Of a stretch of 64,000 nt of DNA, positions 30,340-40,151 are shown piece after piece (the stretch's first letter is position 1; the number at the start of each line of letters is the position of its first letter). The position numbers were made by a program, and so were the translations under genes. Location of the stretch: assembly GCA_016929445.1 (NCBI GenBank), contig JAFGIU010000055.1, positions 4,629 through 68,628 on the forward strand. Reading direction: 5' to 3'. This stretch comes from Candidatus Omnitrophota bacterium (GTDB lineage: Bacteria; Omnitrophota; Gorgyraeia; JAFGIU01). The notes under the pieces are model-generated. The model made no database searches. It was not told the origin of the DNA and saw only the letters and a program-made list of their open reading frames with translations.

Positions 30340-30378
30340 GGTGCCAGGCACCGGTGCCTGGCACCAGTGCCTGACACC
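30340..30378. repeat. Family A 13-bp palindrome array, 3 copies
   Basis: GGTGCCAGGCACC GGTGCCTGGCACC AGTGCCTGACACC. Confidence 0.9.
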
Positions 30379-30464
30379 GTGTTTAGAGTTTTCTGATGAA
30401 GATCATAGTTCACGTAAACTCGTTAGTTTAACACCTTCACGCCATCTGTCCACCGAAACTGGAG

Positions 30465-31583
30465 TCAGATCCCTGCCGCAGGGAGGTAATTGCAGGAGGG
30501 GTCCTCGGCCAAAGGATCTCCCTTCAGGGCATAGGCCCGAGCGCGGGAACCGCCGCACAGAGAGCGGTACTCACAAACGCCACAACGGCCTTTCAGAAGG
30601 TCAGGGTCTCTCAACTGCTTAAACAATGGTGAGTTACGATAGATCTCCGCGAGACCCGTTTCCCGGATATGGCCCGCACTCAGGGGCAAAAAGCCGCTGG
30701 GGAACACTTCCCCCTCGCTGGAGATAAATAGATGCCCTTTGCCGGCATTGACTGCGCTCGGAGCCCTTCCCATAGAACCCCCGGGACCCAGGGCACGCCG
30801 CAACTCCGCCGGCAGGTCCACGCCTTCGCGCACAACCTGGGCAGGGTCCAGGCCCGCTTCCTTCAGCTTGCGCGCTGTGGTGTAGCGATGGAAATGCGGG
30901 GCTTCGGTGATCTTCACGATAAACGGCGCACGCGCGGCCAGCTCATAAAGACCCGCAAAGACCGCTTCAACTTCATCGGCTGTCAAATCCTCTTGCTCTG
31001 TTCCTCGTCCCACCTGCACCAAAAAAAAGACCTCCCAAAAGACAATGCCCAGACCCTCCACCATTTCCATTAAGGAATCCAGATACATCCCATTGCAGCG
31101 ACTGAGAACACTGTTGATTTGTAGAGGCAGGCCACACTCACGCGCCCACTGCGCAGCCTGAAGTGTTATTGCAAAAGTCCCCGGAACCTGGCGGAATCCG
31201 TCGTGTGCTTCCGCTGTAGGAGCGTCCAGGCTCAGGGCCATCTGATCCAACCCCGCTTCCTTGAGCGCAAAAACTTTTTCGCGCGTAAGGGATTCCGTGG
31301 CCGCAGGAATCGTTCCCACACGCAGACCCAGGTCCTTTCCCAAACGAATCAAGTCCAAGAGATCCGAGCGCTTCATGGGATCGCCGCCGCTGAACACCAA
31401 AACCGGCGTCCCCATCTCAGCCACTTGGCGCACCAGGTTCCGGCCTTCTTTCACACTGAGCTCACCCGGCAAGGGATCGGGCTGGGCCTCAGCCCGGCAA
31501 TGTACACAGGCTAAGTCGCAGGCTTGGGTGGTTTCCCAGATCGCGATAAACGGTGTTTCGTTGTAATCCAGGGGCTTATGCAT
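30465..31583 (-). CDS. Radical SAM/SPASM protein, NirJ/AhbD-like (TIGR04053-like)
   Basis: WETTQACDLACVHCRA, SGGDP, TEAPH, G.V.PSGFLP and C-terminal CGVCEY..CGGSRARAYA...EDPSC. Confidence 0.82.
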   Translation of the reverse strand: MHKPLDYNETPFIAIWETTQACDLACVHCRAEAQPDPLPGELSVKEGRNLVRQVAEMGTPVLVFSGGDPMKRSDLLDLIRLGKDLGLRVGTIPAATESLTREKVFALKEAGLDQMALSLDAPTAEAHDGFRQVPGTFAITLQAAQWARECGLPLQINSVLSRCNGMYLDSLMEMVEGLGIVFWEVFFLVQVGRGTEQEDLTADEVEAVFAGLYELAARAPFIVKITEAPHFHRYTTARKLKEAGLDPAQVVREGVDLPAELRRALGPGGSMGRAPSAVNAGKGHLFISSEGEVFPSGFLPLSAGHIRETGLAEIYRNSPLFKQLRDPDLLKGRCGVCEYRSLCGGSRARAYALKGDPLAEDPSCNYLPAAGI

Positions 31584-31596
31584 TTTGCTCGGCCTT

Positions 31597-31652
31597 GGGG
31601 ACGGACCTCACGCAACTCGTTGGGACCCAACGGCTCAGCGAGAACCGTCCCT
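31597..31652. repeat. Family B element with inner hairpin
   Basis: GGGGACGGACCTC ... CGTTGGGACCCAACG ... GAGAACCGTCCCT. Confidence 0.7.
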
Positions 31653-31657
31653 GGTTT

Positions 31658-32270
31658 CTAGCTAAAGTATCGGAAGCGATTAAAATCATACAGAGAGACC
31701 TTTGCCCTAAGGGGCTGGCGCAACTCCATTCGGAAAGTCTCCACCGCGGACTTCACCGCTTCGCTACGGCTCTTCAGCACATCCGGGGATAAATACACAA
31801 TGTCCCGCTCTTCCAAAGGCAGGGTCCTCAACAAAGCCACGGTGTCAGTCCGGTGCTCCGCACTAAACTCCCCGGGTTCCATGCCCACCAAGACAGTCAG
31901 CGCACACTGAAACCCCGCCTCTTTCAGACCATACACTGCATCAACAAAGCGCTTAAGCTTTGCATCCTTGCCCCAGAATTTGCGTAATGGAGCATGCTTT
32001 GTTTCAAGTCCCAGCGTCACACAGGACAAACCTGCTTCGAACAGACGGCGATAATCCTTAACGCGCCGGTCCGGCGCATGCTCCGGCTCATAAAATGTTG
32101 CGATGCCGCGCGGCCACGGCCCAAAGATCTCGTGCACCTGGCCAAGCACTTCCAGTAAGCGCGTTTGAGGAATCGAGAAAGCACTGGCTGATCCCAAAAA
32201 CACACCGTTTCTTGCCGGCAATCCCTTGCCCCAAATGCGCCTTCACCGGCTCTGGAAGTGTCACCATACG
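31658..32270 (-). pseudogene. N-terminally truncated, frameshifted radical SAM gene remnant
   Basis: C-terminal rSAM barrel features (VFLG.A.A, L..V.LGLET, LTVLVG, H..DT) but no CxxxCxxC; VKAHLGQG and LPARNGVFLG lie in different frames, joined at GGG (~32223-32225). Confidence 0.6.
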
Positions 32271-32322
32271 ATAGTCTCCCGCCTCAAGCGCCGCTCGTCC
32301 CGGTGTGGCAGTCTGCACAGCG

Positions 32323-34068
32323 CTATTCACTCACACCCAAAATGCGGAATTTCCGCAAGCCAAGGCCGATAATCACGAGCTGGCTCAACACAAAAAGTAC
32401 AAGCCAGACAAAGGCCCGGTTCATGAAGCCATAGGAGTGAAGCCCCACGCCCAGCATATTGACACCAAACCACGAAAAGCTGGTGATCACATTGCCGAAA
32501 ACGCACATGACCATCAAGCCCTGCTCGCGAATAAACCGTCCCTTGAGGGCATGCAAAATAATCGCATTCCACAAGACAATGAGCAGCGCCCCGTTCTCCT
32601 TGGGATCCCAGCCCCAGAAACGGCCCCAAGACTGGTCCGCCCAGATTCCTCCCAGCACCGTTCCCACAAAGCTGAACAGGAGGCCGAAACACACGACCCC
32701 AAAGACCATTCGGAAGAGCTCGGCTTTGAGTGCCGGGGGGAAGTTACGAGTAAACACTCCTTTCAAAATGTAGAAGATAGCCAGGGCTCCGGCGAGCAAA
32801 GTCGCGCTATAACCCATGGTAACCGTCACCACATGGGTAGACAGCCAAAAATTGGAATCCAAAACCGCCTGCATCATCTCCAAAGTATCGCCTTGCAGGG
32901 AGAGATGATGAGCAATAATTAATGTAACAAAACCAATGGCCGAACAAACCAGATTCCCGATCCGGTTTCTGAAGAACCCCTCCAGTCCAATTCCCAATAA
33001 AATGGAAGCCCATCCCACGAATACCGCAGAGGAGTAAAGATTCGTCACCGGAGGCCGTCCTTGAAGAACCATTCTTGAAATCAAACCCACTGTATGCACG
33101 CTGAAGGCCAGAAGCAATAGGTAATAACTCGTGCGGGAAAGCGTTTGGGGCCACAACAACCAAGACAGAATCACCAGCAAAAAGCAAATCACGTACAGAA
33201 CCAGGCTCTGGTAAAACGGTTGGAAACGGTTGAATACCACTTCGTAGCCTGCACGCCTGCTAATCCGTTCGGAGCGCCGGCTGTGGAAGTGATCCAACTC
33301 TTCGATCGCCCGGTTAAACTCACCCGCGTCTCCGGCTGCAAACGCGTCAAAAGCCTTGGCGTACAGAAGGAGGACCGGATGGAACTCCCCTGTTTCCACA
33401 GATGCATCCAGTCCTGCGCCTAAAGACAGCCATCCATGGGGATCCTCGCCCTGCATTGGCGGCAAGACAGACATGTAAGACATGCGATCAACAAACTTCA
33501 TCTCCATCCGCTCCACCTCAACATATTGATTCAGAGACTCTTCGATACTTTGATCCGGGCTCTTGAGAAAAAACGTGTGGCGAAGGCGGGAATACAGATT
33601 GAGACGGCCGTCCAGTTGGACAATAGAACGCTGATACGCAGACCATATCTTCTGGTCATATTGCCGGGCACGCCCGGCTTGATAAGCAATCTGGTCTATG
33701 AAGGGCTTGAAATCGTTGTATGAGAAGTACTTTCTCTTAAAGTCCTGGACACCCAGCAGTACTTTGACATCAGGATTATGGAGCCGGAACACGGGGTCTG
33801 AATCTGCCTCCGGCCCCCGGGACGCAACCCGCAGCAGCCACTCCGCAGCACTCATTCTTGTGCCCTCATTGCGAAAGAACTGCTTTCCCCGAATCAAAAT
33901 CAATGCGTTTCTGGCCACGGAATCCATAGGCTTGATACGGCCATTGTGCAAAACCGGCAATCTGCCGAAGCCCTGAATATCAAATTCACTCCGGCTCCCC
34001 GGCTTGAGGGCGGCTGCAAGATAAAGCGCGAATAAAACAACAATCGCGGTTGGGAGAAATCTCTTCAA
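32323..34068 (-). CDS. ccsA: Cytochrome c biogenesis protein CcsA/ResC (system II) with large periplasmic domain
   Basis: GRIKP.DS.AR, PPVTNLYSS, WLSTHV and GGIWADQSWGRFWGWDPKE (WWD domain); TTG start with GAGGAGG RBS. Confidence 0.92.
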   Translation of the reverse strand: MKRFLPTAIVVLFALYLAAALKPGSRSEFDIQGFGRLPVLHNGRIKPMDSVARNALILIRGKQFFRNEGTRMSAAEWLLRVASRGPEADSDPVFRLHNPDVKVLLGVQDFKRKYFSYNDFKPFIDQIAYQAGRARQYDQKIWSAYQRSIVQLDGRLNLYSRLRHTFFLKSPDQSIEESLNQYVEVERMEMKFVDRMSYMSVLPPMQGEDPHGWLSLGAGLDASVETGEFHPVLLLYAKAFDAFAAGDAGEFNRAIEELDHFHSRRSERISRRAGYEVVFNRFQPFYQSLVLYVICFLLVILSWLLWPQTLSRTSYYLLLLAFSVHTVGLISRMVLQGRPPVTNLYSSAVFVGWASILLGIGLEGFFRNRIGNLVCSAIGFVTLIIAHHLSLQGDTLEMMQAVLDSNFWLSTHVVTVTMGYSATLLAGALAIFYILKGVFTRNFPPALKAELFRMVFGVVCFGLLFSFVGTVLGGIWADQSWGRFWGWDPKENGALLIVLWNAIILHALKGRFIREQGLMVMCVFGNVITSFSWFGVNMLGVGLHSYGFMNRAFVWLVLFVLSQLVIIGLGLRKFRILGVSE

Positions 34069-35213
34069 AGCGGCCTCCTCTTGGCAAAGCCCGCCAAAAC
34101 TTGCATGAAATGGACCGAGAGACCCAGGGAAATCAAGAGACATGCGATATAGGGAAAAAGCCAACCGGGATTTTCCACCACCTGCAGGATCGACAAAGTG
34201 TTGTTCTTGCCGTAGCTGGACTGATAGTAAGTCTTGCCCCTGTATCGCAACGGATTGTTCATATAGATAAGCACTTCGCGCTCTTCGCCTTGAGAGGGGT
34301 CCTCCAAAAGGACTAGGCTCGAGAAATTCTTCGGAATGGAGGTGCCTGGGTAAGAATCATGGCTAAAATCCTTGAGGGTAAGTGTATATTCATTGTAATA
34401 GCGTTTTGGCCGGAGATAAATCTGATAGTCTGAACCGGCATAGCTCAACTGTTGAGGCGATCCCAATAGCCGCGAAACCAACCAAGTGCCCAGGGATTTT
34501 CCCCCGGCGATAAACTCAACGAAAGCGGTTTCATTGTTGTCTGCATCATCGCTTTGAAACGGCGGCACGGGTTGCACCTGAATTTGCGTCCCGATCCCCC
34601 GGTTCACCTCAGGAAGATTTCCAAACCTGTTCGCAGGGCTCTCTCCCATGGCCAATTTGGCGTTGGGAAGAAAGGCCCTAATATGCACCTCAAAGGGCAG
34701 CAAATCCTGCGTGATTCGCCCTTGTTTTCTGAGAATGTGATAAGGGATACTCACCACCCGGTCCAAACCGGGCGCGGAAGTATTGATCACAGCCAGCTCC
34801 ACATAATGAAAACTCTCGGAGTATTGCTTGGTCTGCCCCTCCTCGATCGACATATAGCTCTCAGTGGCCATAAAGGTGCTCACCCCTCCGCCCACCATCA
34901 AGACCAGGAGGCCCGAATGAGTCAACCATAATCCCAAATACTTCAGCCGCAGCGGATACCGTGTATAGAGGACAGTAATGAGATTGACGGATAGGAGTGC
35001 TGTGAGCAGCCCGCCTCCGGGCAAAACCGGAATCTTGAGATGATGAACCGGCAGGTAAACAAAAAGGCTTTCGAAGTACTTCTTCTGCGCAGCGAAAATT
35101 CCCAAATTAACCTGATCCAGGGTCCCGATAAAAACTAAGGCCATCAACAGACACAAGCAGACCAGGGTCAAGGACAAGGATGAAAAGAATTTGATGAAAA
35201 GCTTCATCATCAT
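34065..35213 (-). CDS. resB: Cytochrome c biogenesis protein ResB/CcsB-like
   Basis: FFSSL.LT, GTLDQV, conserved TM His (THSG), PKNFSS and I.MNNPLRY.G.TYYQSS. Confidence 0.85.
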   Translation of the reverse strand: MMMKLFIKFFSSLSLTLVCLCLLMALVFIGTLDQVNLGIFAAQKKYFESLFVYLPVHHLKIPVLPGGGLLTALLSVNLITVLYTRYPLRLKYLGLWLTHSGLLVLMVGGGVSTFMATESYMSIEEGQTKQYSESFHYVELAVINTSAPGLDRVVSIPYHILRKQGRITQDLLPFEVHIRAFLPNAKLAMGESPANRFGNLPEVNRGIGTQIQVQPVPPFQSDDADNNETAFVEFIAGGKSLGTWLVSRLLGSPQQLSYAGSDYQIYLRPKRYYNEYTLTLKDFSHDSYPGTSIPKNFSSLVLLEDPSQGEEREVLIYMNNPLRYRGKTYYQSSYGKNNTLSILQVVENPGWLFPYIACLLISLGLSVHFMQVLAGFAKRRPL

Positions 35214-35821
35214 TCAAATCCGAAGCTTTGCAAGAAGGCCTTCAGACTCTCCTTTTCAGACAAAACGAGTTCCGCTTCACCACTCAACTTGAAGAAATAC
35301 TGTTGTCCCTGGTGGGGAACTATGGCCACAAAGATAGCTTGCTTTTGCCTGTCAACGGCCGGGGCTGCTTCGCTCACCACTTCCACCAAAGTGGCGCTAT
35401 GTCCCCGAAATTCAAAGGCTTGTATCTGATCCCGCAACCCAGACTCATCCACCGGATCCAAGCCGATTTGCCCGCGCCACCGGTTCACGTTAGCCAAGAG
35501 ACCGCCGGCCTCACCTGCCAACACAATAACTGACACATCGGCCTCCGCGCCTCCTGTCCCGGCAATCCTAAAACTAGCCAAGCGCATACCGGAAGCCGGA
35601 AGTTCCTGCCAGCGGTCCGGGGTCTCCCACCGGGGACGCGCAGAGGGAGGGAAAATGCCCGCGGCAGCCTGCACCGGCGGCATTGCGCTTTCCTCTTTGG
35701 GGATCGCATAGGCCTCCACAGCAACATGCGGGCGATTCAAGTAAAGACCAAAGATAGCGCCCGCCAAGAGAATCAAAATCAGAAGCAAACCAAGATCAGG
35801 ACGTTTCATGATAGAAATCAA
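35210..35821 (-). CDS. Membrane-anchored conserved hypothetical protein co-transcribed with resB-ccsA
   Basis: N-terminal TM; W..P..W, MRLASF, ANVNRWRGQIGL and FFKL.G motifs; 4-bp overlap with the resB ORF as called. Confidence 0.7.
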   Translation of the reverse strand: MISIMKRPDLGLLLILILLAGAIFGLYLNRPHVAVEAYAIPKEESAMPPVQAAAGIFPPSARPRWETPDRWQELPASGMRLASFRIAGTGGAEADVSVIVLAGEAGGLLANVNRWRGQIGLDPVDESGLRDQIQAFEFRGHSATLVEVVSEAAPAVDRQKQAIFVAIVPHQGQQYFFKLSGEAELVLSEKESLKAFLQSFGFE

Positions 35822-35857
35822 CTGTAGGGAAGAATTTTGCGTTTGGCAAGAACCGGC

Positions 35858-37081
35858 TCAGACGAGTTCGCGGCCGAACTGGGCCGCAAAGACCTTGCGC
35901 ATGAGCTTGAGTTTGAGTTCACCCAACCAAAAGCGGTTGGGATTATCCTGAAGCCACCGGCACTCCTCCGGCAACATCACCAAAGACACATGGATATTAG
36001 GAGCCACACCAATGGGATATCCCTTTTCCATGCACGCTGAATAGACGCGGCTGAAAATGGGGATCATGTCTTCAGTTTCAGGAGGAGGGACCTTCTCATA
36101 AGAGGTTCCTTTGAGAGGACGGAACACACAGACGGTAGGGATGGCGCCGACCTGGGTAATCCAATTGACGGCCTTGATGGAGTCTTCCACAGGTTCGAGA
36201 CCGGCGATGATTTCACCGTTCGTGACCCAGGGTTCAAAACCGCGTCCCGTGGGCTTTACCTGCTGGGCGCAATACTCCACGGCTTCCAAGTAGCGATCGA
36301 GCCCGTAAACCCGGGCCTTGCCCGGGCACACTTCCTCGAATTTCTCCCGGTTCATGAGTTCAAAACAAAAGGACACGCGATTCACCCCAATACGCCGGAG
36401 CTCCTGATAGCGTTTGAGGTCATGGTGCGGAGGTGTTTGAATGCCGATGAGCACCCCTGTTTCCTCCTTCACCCTCTTGATATAGGGCTCGAGGATGTCC
36501 AGATACGTGTCGCCCTCGTAGTGCCCGGTGTTGAAATCCACATAGGTAATTCCGGATTCCTTGCGGGCCGTCTTAACGACTTCCACGACTTCGTCCACGG
36601 ACTTCTCGTCAGAGTCATCCTGTCCCAAATTAAGACCCACGGAACAGAACTTGCATTCCTGCTTGGGATTTGTAAGCCAGTGTTCGCAGACCTTTGCAGG
36701 ATAAATCCCCAGATAGGTGCCTTGCAGAGAACCTATGCTGGACATCGGCTTTCCGGTAGCCGTCTTTTGGGAATACCAGCTCGGGCCGGGCGCCAAGCGA
36801 ATAGGCGCAATGGGGCCGATTTCGTCATGGTGAATCATAAATTCACCTTCATCAAAACGGAGGAAATAGGGAGATTGCCTGGTGAAGTCTTCGCTGACCG
36901 GGATATTGGTCCAGAGACCGTGAGGAAGAATCGCTTCCAGGCCCGAGCCCAGGCCCGCGCGCATACGCAAAATCTTACGCCCGCCCTGGTCTTCTATCAG
37001 ACTCGGGTCGTCCAGGCGCATTCCTTTACAGTAAAGATCGAGCTTGAGCAGCCCCGGATTGGTGCGGACATCGTAGTTCAT
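35858..37081 (-). CDS. Radical SAM protein, MSMEG_0568-like family
   Basis: R.RAGLGSG, extended C-X10-C-X2-C motif (CEHWLTNPKQECKFC), CPGK, IIAGLE and FRPLKGT. Confidence 0.75.
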   Translation of the reverse strand: MNYDVRTNPGLLKLDLYCKGMRLDDPSLIEDQGGRKILRMRAGLGSGLEAILPHGLWTNIPVSEDFTRQSPYFLRFDEGEFMIHHDEIGPIAPIRLAPGPSWYSQKTATGKPMSSIGSLQGTYLGIYPAKVCEHWLTNPKQECKFCSVGLNLGQDDSDEKSVDEVVEVVKTARKESGITYVDFNTGHYEGDTYLDILEPYIKRVKEETGVLIGIQTPPHHDLKRYQELRRIGVNRVSFCFELMNREKFEEVCPGKARVYGLDRYLEAVEYCAQQVKPTGRGFEPWVTNGEIIAGLEPVEDSIKAVNWITQVGAIPTVCVFRPLKGTSYEKVPPPETEDMIPIFSRVYSACMEKGYPIGVAPNIHVSLVMLPEECRWLQDNPNRFWLGELKLKLMRKVFAAQFGRELV

Positions 37082-37147
37082 AATGGAAAGTATACCAGAA
37101 AACCAAAATGTCATCGCAAGCACAGTGAAGTGATCTGTACGGAACAA

Positions 37148-37219
37148 AGATCCCTTCGCTACGCTCGGGATGACATCATAACTTCAGGGGACACATCTCA
37201 CGCGGAGATGTGTCCCCTG
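37148..37219. repeat. Composite intergenic repeat: GATCCCTTCGCTACGCTCGGGATGAC element plus family B hairpin
   Basis: AGATCCCTTCGCTACGCTCGGGATGAC (37148-37174) and CAGGGGACACATCTC-ACGCG-GAGATGTGTCCCCTG (37185-37219). Confidence 0.7.
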
Positions 37220-37227
37220 GCGCAAAA

Positions 37228-40014
37228 CTAACTACAGCCGGAAGTACTCCCGCAATTCAGACACTTATAGCAAGAGCCGTTGCGCACCATAATGCTCCCG
37301 CATTCGCTGCAGGGCGGCGCATCGGCCTGAGCCAAGAAGATCCTCTTTTCGCTCTCCTCCAAACTGGATGCAGAAAGAGTGGAGGTGCTGCCCCCGGTCA
37401 TATTCTGGGTAACCGAAGCCACAGCTGCCTCGGCCTTGGCCTCTATCGCCGGATCCACCGGAGTTTGCGGAGCGTCAGTATCCAAGGGAAATTTGTACCC
37501 CAGATAGCGGAAAACATAGTCCATGATGGACTTGGCAAAACGAATCTGCGGATTGTTGGTCACACCCGAAGGTTCAAACCGCGTATGCGTAAACTTATTC
37601 ACCAAGACTTCCAGAGGCACACCGTACTGCAGGGCCAGAGAGACCGCCGTGGCAAAACAATCCACCAAACCCGAGATAGTAGAGCCCTCCTTGGACATCT
37701 TGATGAAGACCTCACCCGGCCGGTTTTCCTCATAAGTCCCGACAGTAATATATCCCTCGTGCCCTCCCACACTGAACTTGTGCGTAATGGCCGGACGCTC
37801 ATCCGGCAATCGGCGGCGGCGCGCAAAACGAAGGGCCTGTTTCTCTTCCTCCTTCTTCTTATCCAAGCCTGTGTTCAAAGGTTGGGTGCGTTTGGAATTA
37901 TCGCGATAGATCGCCACTGCCTTCAGACCCTGCCGCCATGCTTCGATATACGTCTCCATGATTTCATCGACTGTGGCTTCCTGCGGCATGTTCACGGTCT
38001 TGGAGATTGCGCCGCTGATAAAGGGCTGGGTGGCCCCCATCATACGGACATGCCCCATATAGTGGATACTGCGATTCCCGTTCTCAGGCTTGAAAGCGCA
38101 ATCAAATACAGGCAGGTGCTCATCCAGCAAGCCGGGCGCCCCCTCAATGGTCCCGTGCTCGTCTATGTATTCGATGATCTCGCCGACTTCCTTTTCGCTA
38201 TAACCCAACTTCTTGAGAGCGCGCGGCACTGTGTGGTTCACGATCTTCAGCAATCCACCACCCACCAATTTCTTGTACTTGACCAGGGCAATATCCGGCT
38301 CCACGCCCGTGGTGTCACAATCCATCATAAAAGCGATGGTTCCTGTGGGCGCCAATACGGTCACCTGCGCATTGCGATAACCGTGTTTCTCACCAAGCTT
38401 CAGGGCCTCCTCCCAAACCAGCTTCACTTCCTTGAAAAGACCTTCAGGGATATTGCTTGTTTCCAAGTCTTCGGCCGCTTTCTGGTGCATGGCAATCACA
38501 CTCAGCATGGGCTGACGGTTGATGCGATAGTGAGGAAAAGGGCCCATGCTTTCCGCAATTTCCGCAGACACGCGATAGGCCTCACCCGTCATCAGCGCGG
38601 TCAACGCTCCCGCATACTCCCGGCCTGCGTCGCTGTCATAAGCCAAACCCTGAGCCATCAAAAGCGCTCCCAGGTTCGCATAACCCAAACCCAGTGTCCG
38701 GTAATCGTGGCTGCGTTGCGCAATGCGCGGGCGAGGATAACTCGCGTTATCCACGACGATCTCCTGGGCCAGAATGGAAATCCGCACTGCATCCCTAAAG
38801 CCCTTGCAATCAAACACACCTTCATCATCAATGAACTTCAATAGGTTCAATGAAGCGAGATTGCAGGCCGTGTCGTCCAAGAACATGTACTCACTGCAGG
38901 GATTGGAGGCGTTAATGCGGCCGCTATTCGGGCAGGTATGCCAAGTGTTCACTGTGGTATCGAACTGCAATCCCGGATCGCCGCAAATATGTGTGGCCTC
39001 GGAGATCTGACGCAACAGATCCCGCGCCGGGAAAGTTTCAATGGTTTCACGCGTCTTAACCGCACGCGTACTCCATTTCCGGTCATCCACTGCCGCATGC
39101 ATGAACTCATCCGGCACGCGCACGGAATTGTTGGAATTCTGGAAAAAAACCGAATTATAAGCCTCACCGCTAAAGCTTCCGTCATAACCGGCATCGATCA
39201 GCGCCCAGGCCTTCTTTTCTTCTTCCACTTTGCAGGCCACAAAATCCCGAATATCGGGGTGCTCTGCATTAAGGATCACCATTTTGGCAGCACGCCGCGT
39301 TTTGCCGCCGGACTTGATGACACCAGCAAAGGCATCAAAACCGCGCATAAAAGAAACCGGTCCGGAAGCCTTGCCGCCGCCCGCCACGGATTCACGGCTG
39401 GAGCGCAACGGAGACAGATTGGTTCCGGAACCCGAACCCCACTTAAAAAGCATGCCCTCGGTCTTGGCCAAATCGAGAATACTGCTCATGGAATCTTCAA
39501 TGGAATTGATGAAGCAGGCCGAACACTGCGGGTGCTCTTCCACACCCACATTGAACCAAACCGGAGAATTGAAGGAAAGCTTCTGGAAAAGGAGGAGGTG
39601 CGTCAGCTCGGCGTCAAAGGCCTCTTGATCTTCAGGGCCGGCAAAGTACTCCTGTTTGATTCCCCACTCCACAATCTGTTTGACCACACGCGAAATCAGC
39701 TGGCGGATGCTGGTCTCGCGATCCTCGCTGTCGGGTTTGCCGCGGAAGTATTTGGAGGAGACTACGTTTGTGGCGAGCTGAGACCAGAAATCAGGGACAT
39801 CAATGTCCGTTTGTTCGAAAATAACTTCGCCCTTGTCATTTTGTATGAGGGCTGTGCGCTTCTCCCATTGGACCTCGTCAAAAGGACTCACCCCAGGGGT
39901 CGTAAACCGGCGTTCGACCCGTATCCCCTTGTTTTCCTGCAGCTCCTCGACCTGTGCCTTGCCCGGGCCCAAATCCTCAAGTTTTTCCTGATTCTTGGCC
40001 TCCTTCACCGCCAT
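37228..40014 (-). CDS. nrdJ: Vitamin B12-dependent (class II) ribonucleotide reductase
   Basis: FNSPVWFN, QCSACFI, SNPCSEY, ACNLAS, APTGTI, SGAISKT, YRD, TSCPD-like domain and C-terminal CSEC..C.NCG zinc ribbon. Confidence 0.96.
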   Translation of the reverse strand: MAVKEAKNQEKLEDLGPGKAQVEELQENKGIRVERRFTTPGVSPFDEVQWEKRTALIQNDKGEVIFEQTDIDVPDFWSQLATNVVSSKYFRGKPDSEDRETSIRQLISRVVKQIVEWGIKQEYFAGPEDQEAFDAELTHLLLFQKLSFNSPVWFNVGVEEHPQCSACFINSIEDSMSSILDLAKTEGMLFKWGSGSGTNLSPLRSSRESVAGGGKASGPVSFMRGFDAFAGVIKSGGKTRRAAKMVILNAEHPDIRDFVACKVEEEKKAWALIDAGYDGSFSGEAYNSVFFQNSNNSVRVPDEFMHAAVDDRKWSTRAVKTRETIETFPARDLLRQISEATHICGDPGLQFDTTVNTWHTCPNSGRINASNPCSEYMFLDDTACNLASLNLLKFIDDEGVFDCKGFRDAVRISILAQEIVVDNASYPRPRIAQRSHDYRTLGLGYANLGALLMAQGLAYDSDAGREYAGALTALMTGEAYRVSAEIAESMGPFPHYRINRQPMLSVIAMHQKAAEDLETSNIPEGLFKEVKLVWEEALKLGEKHGYRNAQVTVLAPTGTIAFMMDCDTTGVEPDIALVKYKKLVGGGLLKIVNHTVPRALKKLGYSEKEVGEIIEYIDEHGTIEGAPGLLDEHLPVFDCAFKPENGNRSIHYMGHVRMMGATQPFISGAISKTVNMPQEATVDEIMETYIEAWRQGLKAVAIYRDNSKRTQPLNTGLDKKKEEEKQALRFARRRRLPDERPAITHKFSVGGHEGYITVGTYEENRPGEVFIKMSKEGSTISGLVDCFATAVSLALQYGVPLEVLVNKFTHTRFEPSGVTNNPQIRFAKSIMDYVFRYLGYKFPLDTDAPQTPVDPAIEAKAEAAVASVTQNMTGGSTSTLSASSLEESEKRIFLAQADAPPCSECGSIMVRNGSCYKCLNCGSTSGCS

Positions 40015-40032
40015 ATGCCCCCCCTTTCCAAA

Positions 40033-40079
40033 TTACTATATTTAGGTGATATTGATTACGCGACCTCTACATATAGTAC
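40033..40079. promoter_or_regulatory. Tandem NrdR boxes
   Basis: Cores CTATATTTAG (40036-40045) and CTACATATAG (40067-40076), 31 bp apart, directly upstream of nrdJ. Confidence 0.8.
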
Positions 40080-40151
40080 TTTTGGGTACTATTGAATATG
40101 ATGTATATCATGTTCCAAAAGAAAATCCAAGCACTTCTTGAGCCGTGGGAT

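Noticed and set aside
37210-40095. Long antisense ORFs (544 aa and 385 aa) opposite nrdJ, and similar shadow ORFs opposite hdrA, the S8 protease and ilvD
   Set aside because: Typical stop-poor reverse frames of GC-rich genes; no motifs or RBS
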